Shown one piece after another: positions 10,501 through 18,602 of a DNA stretch of 61,297 bases; positions within the stretch are counted from its first letter, which is position 1; every line of letters begins with the position of its first letter. The notes under the pieces were generated by a model. That model worked only from the letters and a program-made list of their open reading frames with translations, ran no database searches and was not told the origin of the DNA. Both the position numbers and the translations under genes were made by a program. Source of the stretch: Bacillota bacterium (GTDB lineage Bacteria > Bacillota > Clostridia > Saccharofermentanales > Fastidiosipilaceae); NCBI GenBank assembly GCA_023388205.1, contig JAEWGS010000027.1:1-61297 (forward strand), in the 5' to 3' direction.

Positions 10501-10795
10501 CCCAACCCGTCCCCATATTCGTATCGAAGGTCACAGTCACCGTCCGCTTTTTCCAGGCTTCAGGGACTTCAAACTGAAAGTCAAACCAAGTCACGGTCTG
10601 CTTCTGTTGACCCCAGACCCCATCATCGGACCAAAGCGCCCAATTGGAACTGTCAAAATCCGCTCGATTTTGTGTGTCTAGCTCGGCGTCTACATATCGG
10701 ATCTCAGTAATCTTCTGCGCCTCATCTTGGCGCTCGATGAGTTTCTGTAGATCTATCAAAATCTGTCCACAACGCTCATAGAGCTTCAATAGCAT
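7571..10795 (-). CDS. GH38 alpha-mannosidase
   Basis: 1074 aa with GH38 N-terminal catalytic signature (VGHTHIDVAWLW, FMSSQPQLY). Its size and C-terminal region are typical of cytosolic bacterial alpha-mannosidases. Confidence 0.9.
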   Translation of the reverse strand: MLLKLYERCGQILIDLQKLIERQDEAQKITEIRYVDAELDTQNRADFDSSNWALWSDDGVWGQQKQTVTWFDFQFEVPEAWKKRTVTVTFDTNMGTGWEATNPQFTVYVDGKIRQALDTNHRYVTLLPEDLKGVHRMSLRAYSGEDDGRRLTMRVALTPRESEIEAFYWDMSVPYRTLELLNPDSKEYLESIHAINDAVNCLDLRKPYSEAFFEGLRAASKQLKEGYYDQYCDASKLPVVKAVGHTHIDVAWLWPLLTTRDKAVRSFSTVIQLMREYDDYIFMSSQPQLYQYVLEQAPELFEEIKKRVAEGRWEVEGGMWLEADCNLTSGEGLVRQFLYGLRFFREHFNKENKILWLPDVFGYSAALPQIIKKSGMDYFMTTKIAWNDTNRMPCDTFEWQGIDGSRVLTHFSPSREYSRLGELFPTEVGTFTTYNAMLNETQVKGAWQRYGNKELNNSVLMSYGWGDGGGGTTPEMIERGRRMKKGINGLPRVEFSTARRFFDELAEEVKGKKTLPVWDGELYFEYHRATLTSMARNKRWNRKAEFALANLESLCVMAERFCKIPYPHEEIRLLWRVVLRNQFHDILPGSSIGQVYDDSKREYLQLFADIDRMKAKIFDAMGQAQAGQSCGEFLLFHYNDSHSVHEVNLGEGQGVLDAKRSYEAVALVPHDGLEAKRYPIQRTYQGQWICLIDELPSKGFMRFKVEEVGEVEPFTPQNIQLPYTLENDYLHIDFDAKGRFDSLYDQKEGRELILKGRKGNRIVSHQTKPHAFDAWDLNAYYKEKFWEVDELESATLIEDGPIRTALKLRYLYQESLLEQTVYLYHNEARVDLVHDVDWKEHQQMLKLYFPVDIHSNEATYEIQYGHVTRKTHYNTSWDRARFEVCCHKWLDFSEYGYGLAVLNDSKFGVGIHEQEIGLTMLKAGVDPYPDADIEMHHFVYSLRPHTGDYREKHIIDAAYDLNNPSEVLWLAKDATVVPNYLSLAESQTENVVVEVVKAHEDLDADIIRVYEAHGRRARASLSLSGDYTSFEEVDLTERPLSQEEKEQTQLEGGEGLYHFDIKPFEIKTFMAKRR

Positions 10796-11481
10796 GCTAT
10801 ACCTCCTCGTCCTCTTTGCAAAAGCGCATGGCGATCATGCGGATTCTCCCCTGAAGTAGAACTTGTGCCAAAGGACTGCAGCCGTTCACCGTCGTCCACG
10901 GTCATTCTTCAAAGGGAGCTCTTGCCTGAGGCTTTGTCGGCGTTATGTTAACAAACCTAAGCGGTAAGAACTGTGAAAAAATATCTTTTTTTGAGTTTTG
11001 TCGCTTCGTTCAAGAAGCACCCATTTCTTCGAAGCATTTTGGTCGAATTGCCAGCATCTCAGGTCTTCCCCTAACTTTCCAAGCGCCCCCCGCATGTCGA
11101 CGGGCTTTTATCGCATGTCGGGCCGCTTCCCGTTTTTTGTCGAGCGGCTTCTATCGAGCATCCAGCAAAACCTCGGCTTTAATCAAGAACGCTCCTGCAT
11201 CCCCATCGCAACGAAGCCAATTCTTTCAAGCTGACGCCTTATATCCGGGCTCGTTCCGAGCTCGTCCGGCGCCGCAAAACTTCTCCGGCACCGCAGCGCT
11301 CGTCTGGCGCCGCAGAGCGCTTTCATTAAAGTGAGCCTATTGATTAGGTCCCGCACACCTATCATTAGAACAATCAGAAGCTATAGGCAACCCGCATAAA
11401 TTTATAATCAAAACAATCGATAAACTGTGGTAATATCCACACATCCCCTCGCAAAAGCGAGATGTATTGCAAGGAGGCAAT

Positions 11482-12594
11482 ATGCGTGTAGGCGTACCCA
11501 CTGAAATAAAAAACAATGAATTTCGCGTTGCATTAACGCCCTCGGGAGTTCACGCCCTCGTCAGCCACGGCCACGAAGTTTTGATCCAAAAAGGAGCGGG
11601 CTTAGGATCTGCCATCAGCGACCAAGAATATATCAAAGCGGGCGCTCAAGTTTTGGAGAGCGCCCAAGAAGTTTGGTCCAAAAGTGAAATGATCCTCAAG
11701 GTCAAAGAGCCCATTCACTGCGAATATGAACTGATGCGAGAAGGGCAATTGCTCTTTACCTATTTGCATTTGGCCGCAGATGAAGCTTTGACCCACGCCC
11801 TATTGGAACGAAAGGTCACCTCCATCGCCTATGAAACGGTTCAGTTGCCAGATGGTTCTCTCCCTCTCCTGTCACCGATGTCTGAAATTGCTGGCCGTTT
11901 ATCTGTTCAGGTGGGTGCGAATGCCTTGATGAAATTTGCCGGAGGCAGCGGGACCTTGCTTGGGGGTGCATCCGGCGTCAAGAAAGGCAAAGTGCTTGTC
12001 TTAGGAGGTGGCGTTTCGGGACTTTGTGCCGCCCAAGTCGCACTGGGGATGGGCGCAGAAGTTCATGTCTGTGACGTCAATGTAAAGCGCATGCGCTACA
12101 TTGAAGAAATTTCAAATGGACAAATTCGCACCTTGTACAGTTCCGCTTTTGCCATCGAGGAAGCGCTCAAAGAAGCCGACTTGGTCATCGGATCCGTCTT
12201 AATTCCAGGCGCCAAAGCCCCTAAACTCATCACAAATGAAATGGTTAAGACCATGAAGCCCGGATCAGTCCTCGTCGATATTGCCATCGACCAGGGTGGC
12301 TGTTTTGAAGATTCACATCCGACCACACACGCAGAGCCCACCTTCAAGGTGCACGATACCTTGTTCTACTGTGTCGCGAATATGCCCGGTGCAGTGGCGC
12401 ATACGTCAACCTACGCCTTGACGAACTCAACGATGCGCTATTGTGTCGCGCTCGCCAATGATGGCTGGCGCAGCACCTGTCAGCAGCGCTCTGAAATCGC
12501 CAAGGGGCTGACCACACACGCAGGTCAGCTCTACTCACAGCCAGTTGCGGAGGCTCTAAACTTGCCCTTTAGCGATGTTCAAGCATTACTTTAG
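11482..12594 (+). CDS. ald: Alanine dehydrogenase
   Basis: ATG at 11482 is preceded by AAGGAGG (11471-11477). The ORF-track start at 11467 is a TTG just upstream of the RBS. MRVGVPTEIKNNEFRVALTP and the NAD fold GGGVSGLCAAQVALGMGAEV are present. Confidence 0.95.
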   Translation: MRVGVPTEIKNNEFRVALTPSGVHALVSHGHEVLIQKGAGLGSAISDQEYIKAGAQVLESAQEVWSKSEMILKVKEPIHCEYELMREGQLLFTYLHLAADEALTHALLERKVTSIAYETVQLPDGSLPLLSPMSEIAGRLSVQVGANALMKFAGGSGTLLGGASGVKKGKVLVLGGGVSGLCAAQVALGMGAEVHVCDVNVKRMRYIEEISNGQIRTLYSSAFAIEEALKEADLVIGSVLIPGAKAPKLITNEMVKTMKPGSVLVDIAIDQGGCFEDSHPTTHAEPTFKVHDTLFYCVANMPGAVAHTSTYALTNSTMRYCVALANDGWRSTCQQRSEIAKGLTTHAGQLYSQPVAEALNLPFSDVQALL

Positions 12595-12606
12595 TTTTGA
12601 CTTTGC

Positions 12607-12640
12607 GGGAAGAGGAAGATCAAGCTCTTCCCCTTTTTTT
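12607..12640 (+). terminator. Rho-independent terminator of ald
   Basis: Stem GGGAAGAG (12607-12614) / CTCTTCCC (12625-12632), followed by CTTTTTTT. Confidence 0.8.
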
Positions 12641-12855
12641 ATTGCACGCATTTTATTGAACACAGCCTATTATTGAACACAGCTTTTCGCGTGAAATTGA
12701 GGTGCACCCATTCATCTAAAGACGCGATGTTCTATTTATCTAAAGGACCTGACTAAAAGGGCTTTCAAAAATCACGGAAAAGCAATTGAGCACAAAGGAT
12801 AGAGGTGTTAGACTCTTTGAAAAGAGGTCAAAGACCACAAAAGCTGGAGGCAGGC

Positions 12856-14421
12856 ATGAAGCAAACAGCAAGCAAAGAAGCAGGACAAACGAGTCCAAAA
12901 CCCGTCAAGCCTTTTCCAATCAAGATCCGCATCCCGGAAATGGACGCAAACGGTCGGCCCATCTGCCGAGAGGGCTTTAGAATCGAGGAAGATTCAGTCG
13001 GGCCTCTCGAAATTCCTGAAACGGCCTACTATGGCATCGAAAGTTTGCGCGGCGCTTTGAATTTCCCAATCACTGGGCATTTGATGCACCCTGTTTTCAT
13101 TCGAAATCTCGCCAAGATCAAAAAAGCCTGCGCTATTTCCAACTACGTCTGCCAAGTGCTCAACGAAGAACGGATGCAAGCCATTTTGCAAGCCTGCGAC
13201 GAAGTGATCAGCGGTAAACTCAACCGCTATTTCATTGTCGATGAAATTCAAGGCGGTGCGGGCACATCTGCAAACATGAACGCCAACGAGGTCATCGCTA
13301 ACCGAGCCAGTGAAATTCTTTCTGGGCGGATCGGTGATCCAAGCGTCGTACATCCCCTGGATCACGTCAATCGTTCGCAATCCACCAACGATGTATATCC
13401 AACGGCTGGACGCCTAACGGCTCTAGACCTCATGGATGAGCTGTTTCCCACTTTAGAAGAACTCAAATCTATCTTTTTAGATAAATCGATCGAATTTGCT
13501 CAAGTCTATAAGATTGGTCGTACACAGTTACAAGATGCTGTGCCCATGCGCCTCGGTCAGAGTTTCATGGCCTACGCGCACGCGGTCGATCGGGATCTCA
13601 AACATCTGCGCGAAGCTTATCAAACGATGCTCACGATCAACTTAGGTGGAACAGCGATCGGGACCTCCGCCAATGCGCCTTCTGAATATGTGCGCACGGT
13701 TGTGCCCGAATTGAGCAACGTCACCGGGCATCCGCTTCGCCAAGCAGAGGACTTGATCGACGCCACACAAAACCTCAGCGATTTCGTCTTCTTGTCTGGC
13801 GCCATTAAAGCGGCCGCCGTGACACTGTCTAAAATTTCAAACGACCTGCGCTTGCTCTCTTCGGGGCCGCGCGCGGGCTTTGGTGAAATCAAATTGCCGC
13901 CTGTGCAAAATGGTTCTTCAATCATGCCGGGCAAAATCAATCCGGTCATCCCCGAAGTCGTCAATCAAGTTTGCTTTGCCATCGTGGGAAATGACACGAC
14001 GATTTCCATGGCCGTCGAAGCCGGACAGCTCGAGCTCAACGCCTTTGAGCCCGTACTTTTCTCCCGTCTTTTTAACTCGATTTACAGTCTGCGCACTGCG
14101 ATTCAGACCCTGTCTCAACACTGCGTCCGCGATATCGAGGCACGGCAAGATACCATCACCAACTTGCTCAATCGCTCGCTTTACGGCGCGACAGCGCTCT
14201 CACCTAAGCTCGGCTACGACAAATCCTCCGCCTTGGCCAAAAAAGCCTTGCTCACCAATAAATCGATTCGCGAAGTGGCCCTCGAAGAAGGTCTCTTGAC
14301 GGAAGAAGAGCTCGATCAGTTGCTCGACGTGCGCGGTATGGTCTTGGACCAGCTTGAAGAAATCGAAAAAGCGCGTCGCGATGAGCAAAAAGAAGACGGC
14401 GTTTCTCCACACCGTCTCTAA
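12856..14421 (+). CDS. aspA: Aspartate ammonia-lyase (class II fumarase/aspartase family)
   Basis: The probable start, ATG at 12856, lies after GGAGG (12846-12850); the ORF track starts at 12805. Motifs SQSTNDVYPTA and GSSIMPGKINPV (NPV favours aspartase over fumarase). Short N- and C-terminal extensions are present. Confidence 0.82.
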   Translation: MKQTASKEAGQTSPKPVKPFPIKIRIPEMDANGRPICREGFRIEEDSVGPLEIPETAYYGIESLRGALNFPITGHLMHPVFIRNLAKIKKACAISNYVCQVLNEERMQAILQACDEVISGKLNRYFIVDEIQGGAGTSANMNANEVIANRASEILSGRIGDPSVVHPLDHVNRSQSTNDVYPTAGRLTALDLMDELFPTLEELKSIFLDKSIEFAQVYKIGRTQLQDAVPMRLGQSFMAYAHAVDRDLKHLREAYQTMLTINLGGTAIGTSANAPSEYVRTVVPELSNVTGHPLRQAEDLIDATQNLSDFVFLSGAIKAAAVTLSKISNDLRLLSSGPRAGFGEIKLPPVQNGSSIMPGKINPVIPEVVNQVCFAIVGNDTTISMAVEAGQLELNAFEPVLFSRLFNSIYSLRTAIQTLSQHCVRDIEARQDTITNLLNRSLYGATALSPKLGYDKSSALAKKALLTNKSIREVALEEGLLTEEELDQLLDVRGMVLDQLEEIEKARRDEQKEDGVSPHRL

Positions 14422-14448
14422 ACTTTCTGAATGTAAAACACTTTTTCT

Positions 14449-14484
14449 ACGGTCCCCGCAGCTATCGTTGGGGGCCGTTTTTTT
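14449..14484 (+). terminator. Rho-independent terminator of aspA
   Basis: Stem CGGTCCCC (14450-14457) / GGGGGCCG (14470-14477) with one G-U pair, followed by TTTTTTT. Confidence 0.75.
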
Positions 14485-14524
14485 GAGCGCGTTTAAGCCC
14501 ACTTGCCCCTCATAATGAGTCCGC

Positions 14525-15640
14525 TTAGGCTTTTGCTTCTAAATCTGCCTGAGGATCGACCTGAGGGTCCACCTGAGGATCGAAACCGCCCACCCATTCA
14601 CTGCCTTCCAAAAAGACCGGTAACTCCTCGCTGCTATGGGTTTGGTTCGACACCATTTGCTGCTGTGCCGTCAAAGCTTTTTCCATGCGATCTTGACCCT
14701 TGCCACCACAACATGAGCCAGACCCACAGCCGTGATGCTTCTGATTCGTCTCTTTTGGATGGGCATTGGGCGTCTTCTCATCCGGCTCCACTTCGGCCTT
14801 TGCCGACTCAGACTTTTCTAAAGCGAGACGACCATAAGCACCGCCATTAAGCTCTGAAAAAGCGACAACTTCGCGCGGCAAGCTCTCATCGAGATACTCC
14901 ACCAAGCAGCGCTCTGCGAGCAAATTCAAAGACTTCACTCGCGCCGGCCCTTTGGGGGTTTCAACGCGCTCTCCTTGTTTGGGTGCGTACTTTCTCGCTT
15001 CGACATAAGTGTCATTTTCATAATTCAAACAGCAAAGCAAGCGTCCGCACATGCCCAAAAACTTATTTTGACTCATCGCCAGCCCCTGCTCTCTGAGCAT
15101 TTTCATATTGACTGAGGCCATCGATTTCAAAAAAGTCGAACAACAGACTTCGCGACCACAATGCCCCAAAGCACCCAGGCGGCCCGCCTCTTCACGGCTA
15201 GAAAGCTGTCTCATTTCTATACGCATATGGAAATAAGATGCAAGGTCTTTAACCAATTCCCTGAAGTCGATGCGCGTGTCCGTCATAAAATAGCAGATCA
15301 ATTTATTTTCACCCGAAATAAAATGAACCGATTTTAGATCCATTTGCAAACCGTGATCAGCGATTTTGGCGCGTGTAATTTCTAAAGCTTGAAGCTCTTG
15401 CGCCAGCATTTTCTCATGAATTTTTTGGTCTTGATCGTCTGCGAGGCGCACGACCTCACGCAAAGGTTGATGCACCATCTCATCTGGCAAAAGACGCGGT
15501 GCAAAAGCGACGACTCCATAATCTAAGCCGTACTCTGTATCCACAATTACGGGTGTTCCAATTTCACAAGGACAATCCGCCGGATCAAATTGGAAGATGC
15601 GGCCGCCTTGTCGAAAGCGAATCCCGACGATTTCTTTCAT
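14525..15640 (-). CDS. yaaT: PSP1-domain protein (YaaT/RicT family) with ~100-aa C-terminal extension
   Basis: Shows MKEIVGIRFRQGGRIFQFD and the conserved Cys motifs CGREVCCSTFL and CGRLLCCLNYE. A 4-bp overlap with holB matches the B. subtilis holB-yaaT order. Confidence 0.85.
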   Translation of the reverse strand: MKEIVGIRFRQGGRIFQFDPADCPCEIGTPVIVDTEYGLDYGVVAFAPRLLPDEMVHQPLREVVRLADDQDQKIHEKMLAQELQALEITRAKIADHGLQMDLKSVHFISGENKLICYFMTDTRIDFRELVKDLASYFHMRIEMRQLSSREEAGRLGALGHCGREVCCSTFLKSMASVNMKMLREQGLAMSQNKFLGMCGRLLCCLNYENDTYVEARKYAPKQGERVETPKGPARVKSLNLLAERCLVEYLDESLPREVVAFSELNGGAYGRLALEKSESAKAEVEPDEKTPNAHPKETNQKHHGCGSGSCCGGKGQDRMEKALTAQQQMVSNQTHSSEELPVFLEGSEWVGGFDPQVDPQVDPQADLEAKA

Positions 15641-16677
15641 GCTAATACCTCATGTATTTCCACCAATAAGGCAGAAATAGCTATTTCAAAGTTGACATAG
15701 CGAGCAAAATTTTGCTCCGTTTTTTGCAAGAACATATAAGCTTTTTGAAAACTCGCGTCCGGCCTCAGCTGAGAGACGAGCTGAAGCATGGGCGCCCTGA
15801 GATCACGATTCATCAAATAGTTCGCAGGCAAATCCTTATGCGCTTGTAGCAAGGCTAAATCGTGAAGCAAGGTGCTCAAAATCAAATAAAAGCGCGGCCA
15901 AGCTTCTTTGTACCCTTTTGAAACAAGCTGATACATTCGAGCGACCGCAAGCCCCTTGGCTTGTCTCACAAATTGCCATAGCGCCTGTGCAACTTCCCGT
16001 CTTTCGTCCCAAAACTGATCTTCTTCGAGAAGCTTCAACAACTTCCCTGGATTGCCTTCAGCAAAAGCCAAGGCTGGCAGGGCATAACGATGCTCCTGCA
16101 AGCCCTTGAGTTCCAATAATTCACGTAGCTGTTCGCCACTAAAACGCGGCAATTGAATCTTCCTGACGCGGCTTTGAATGGTCGGCAAAACCGTCTCAAG
16201 GCGCTCTGAAATCAAAATGAATCTCGTGAAGGCAGGCGGCTCTTCAATGCTTTTGAGCAGGAGATTTTGCCCCTGCTCGCTCAGCTGAGAAATATAAATG
16301 ATCCATACGCTATGTGCGCTGTACTGAGGGTGGAGCAAAAAAGACCGATTGAGTTCATCACGCAAATCTGCCATTGCGATTTGTTTTTTGCCGTCAAGCG
16401 CCTCAACGACATGCAAGTCCGGGTGTTGCTTCATCCGAACTTCTTCCAGCGTTGGGCCACCCATCCCTGCGAACAAAGATTGAGCACCTACAGATAAAAA
16501 AGCTGCCGCAACATGATCTGCCACGAAGCGCTTACCTAAACCTTCGTCGCCAATCAAAAGCAAAGGTTGTGGACGATCCGTCTTCAGGCAGGCTGCAAGC
16601 ATACGCTTTTGCAGCTGCCGCCCTAGAAGAGGCGCCAAATAAGTTTCAACATCACATGCGCTCAAAATATTCGACAT
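15637..16677 (-). CDS. holB: DNA polymerase III delta-prime subunit
   Basis: 346 aa with clamp-loader AAA+ fold features (LLLIGDEGLGKRF, HPDLHVV, SIEEPP, TIQSRV). Its position between darA and yaaT fits holB. Confidence 0.85.
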   Translation of the reverse strand: MSNILSACDVETYLAPLLGRQLQKRMLAACLKTDRPQPLLLIGDEGLGKRFVADHVAAAFLSVGAQSLFAGMGGPTLEEVRMKQHPDLHVVEALDGKKQIAMADLRDELNRSFLLHPQYSAHSVWIIYISQLSEQGQNLLLKSIEEPPAFTRFILISERLETVLPTIQSRVRKIQLPRFSGEQLRELLELKGLQEHRYALPALAFAEGNPGKLLKLLEEDQFWDERREVAQALWQFVRQAKGLAVARMYQLVSKGYKEAWPRFYLILSTLLHDLALLQAHKDLPANYLMNRDLRAPMLQLVSQLRPDASFQKAYMFLQKTEQNFARYVNFEIAISALLVEIHEVLA

Positions 16678-16981
16678 TCGTCACAAACACCGTCGCGCCA
16701 CCGATCGTCACTTCCACCGGAAAAGGCATATATGTTCCACCCATAGATGAGGGGGTCACATTTGTATTGATCGACGCTTTGCGAGACGACGAATACTTGC
16801 GGATAATTTCCAAAACTTCATTCAGTTCTTCATCTTCAATGACGATCATCAAGGTCGTATTTCCTGCACGCAAAAAACCACCTGAAGAATTTAACTTCGT
16901 CACTCGAAAGCCACTTTTATTCATTTCCGCCATCAAACGGGCGCTATCTTCATCATGAACAATTGCATAGGTTAGTTTCAT
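16652..16981 (-). CDS. darA: PII-like cyclic-di-AMP receptor DarA (YaaQ family)
   Basis: The 109-aa product aligns by eye along its whole length with B. subtilis YaaQ (FRVTKL.S.GGFL..GNTT..I..ED, PVEV..GGATVFV). Confidence 0.9.
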   Translation of the reverse strand: MKLTYAIVHDEDSARLMAEMNKSGFRVTKLNSSGGFLRAGNTTLMIVIEDEELNEVLEIIRKYSSSRKASINTNVTPSSMGGTYMPFPVEVTIGGATVFVTNVEYFERM

Positions 16982-17174
16982 TGCCGTAAAACCTTTCTAA
17001 GTCTTCTGCACAAGACTTTAGTTTTATTCTTTTTAATTGTACGCAAGGCAAGGCTTTCCCTCAAGCTCTGGGGAAAAGTCCAGCCTTTTCTTTTTAAGCT
17101 CCAGACGTTAAGCTTCAAACGGCATCTCTCAAATCCCGACGCCGAGTGAAGGCAAAAGACCGATCAACAGCCCC

Positions 17175-17900
17175 TCAATACAAAATCCCTCGCTGAACAA
17201 GCTGAGCCATCATCTGCTCAAACAAAGCATCCTCACTTTGATCCGCATCCAACACAACAAAGCGCTCCGGTTCCTTTTGGATGAGCCGTTGATACCCCTC
17301 ATAGGTTTTTTGCATAAAGCAAAGCCCTTCTGCGTCCAAACGATCCTCTGAAATATTGCCGCGCACTTGCATCCGTTTTAGAGCTTTTTCAGGACTCAAG
17401 TCAAAATAAAGTGTCAATTGCGGGCCAAGGCCTTGCGTTGCGTAGCGCGTCACAGCCTCCAAAGCCTCAAGTTCTTGTCCGCGCCCATAGCCCTGATAGG
17501 CTAAAGAAGAGTCTGCAAAGCGATCGGTGATGACTGCATAGCCTGCCGCCAAACTCGGTTGAATTTTTCTTTGAACCAGCTGAGCTCTCGCAGCTGAGAA
17601 AAGCAAAAACTCACAGCGCTCACCCATATCTTGAAATTGCGCATCCTTGAGCAAGCTACGAATCACTTCACCTTCTGCCGTGCCGCCGGGTTCACGGAAG
17701 ACCACAATTCGATCCGTTTTGGTCCGCAAAAAACGTTCAAGGCGTTTAAGTTGTGTCGTTTTCCCCGAGCCATCAATGCCCTCGAATGAAATAAAAAAAG
17801 GGGCTCTCACACGGAGCTCCTCTAAATTAAAGCGTCCCTGATCCGCGTGCTGAGCTTGCGTCAAGAGACCCAATTCGGCTTCTTTATTCTTCGAATTCAT
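17175..17900 (-). CDS. tmk: Thymidylate kinase
   Basis: P-loop FISFEGIDGSGKTTQ, plus the REPGGT and DRF.DSSLAYQG motifs. It has a ~30-aa N-terminal extension and a 17-bp overlap with the upstream ORF. Confidence 0.93.
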   Translation of the reverse strand: MNSKNKEAELGLLTQAQHADQGRFNLEELRVRAPFFISFEGIDGSGKTTQLKRLERFLRTKTDRIVVFREPGGTAEGEVIRSLLKDAQFQDMGERCEFLLFSAARAQLVQRKIQPSLAAGYAVITDRFADSSLAYQGYGRGQELEALEAVTRYATQGLGPQLTLYFDLSPEKALKRMQVRGNISEDRLDAEGLCFMQKTYEGYQRLIQKEPERFVVLDADQSEDALFEQMMAQLVQRGILY

Positions 17901-18594
17901 CCAGTTCCCCCGGCAAATCTAAACCTAACGTTATTTGTGAGATTTCAGCGATTTCTCGAAAAATATGGGATTCTAAGCGAAGCGTTGCGCGCATGATATC
18001 CTCGGTGGTCTCCATTGCGGCAGGCTTGGTATGAAGCAAGGCTCGCTTTTGTACGCGCGTTTTACGCTTCGTAGCAGCTTCAGACGCACCGTGCCCTGGC
18101 GTGTTCGCTTGTGTTTTTTGCGCACTTTGAGCAGGCTGCTCATTGCGATTGATCTTCGTCACCCCTCTTTGTTGTGACGACGGCTTCCCCTGGACTTGTT
18201 TATTCTGTGAAGCTTGTTTATTGCTTGGGTTCACCAAGGCCTGAGTTGTATCGCCACCTTGCTGAGGCTGTCTTCGCTGTTGCTTTGGCTTGGTGTACTG
18301 CGTTTTTTGGGCTGGCTGCGTCTGCTTCTTGACTTGCGATGAAGCTGCCTGCTTCATCTGCTTCTGAACGCTCTGACGCTCTTGGGCCGTTGAAAAAGCG
18401 GGGCGCTCTGTACGATCCATTTGCGGACGGCGCTCTCTCGCTCTCGCCGCATCATAGCGTTTGCCCTCCGCCGTCAATTTAACCGCTTGCTGGCCACGGC
18501 CATGGCGTTTCGGAGCGCGTTGCCCACTCGCCTGCCGAGATCGTTCTCCCCGCGTATGATTCACTGCTCTTTGCCCTTGTTTGTTTTGATCCAT
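17884..18594 (-). CDS. Hypothetical basic Gln/Lys/Arg-rich, probably disordered protein with a short structured acidic C-terminus
   Basis: 236-aa ORF in operon-like spacing (8 bp after the upstream ORF, overlapping tmk). No recognisable domain. The C-terminus is METTEDIMRATLRLESHIFREIAEISQITLGLDLPGELDEFEE. Confidence 0.55.
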   Translation of the reverse strand: MDQNKQGQRAVNHTRGERSRQASGQRAPKRHGRGQQAVKLTAEGKRYDAARARERRPQMDRTERPAFSTAQERQSVQKQMKQAASSQVKKQTQPAQKTQYTKPKQQRRQPQQGGDTTQALVNPSNKQASQNKQVQGKPSSQQRGVTKINRNEQPAQSAQKTQANTPGHGASEAATKRKTRVQKRALLHTKPAAMETTEDIMRATLRLESHIFREIAEISQITLGLDLPGELDEFEE

Positions 18595-18602
18595 ATCCTA
18601 CC

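Noticed and set aside
10945-11365. Three overlapping ORFs (129, 78 and 60 aa) in the GH38/ald intergenic region.
   Set aside because: They are mutually exclusive frames over repeat DNA, with Ala/Arg/Ser/Pro-rich low-complexity translations, no RBS and no recognisable motif. I treated the region as non-coding repeat and regulatory DNA (see finding).
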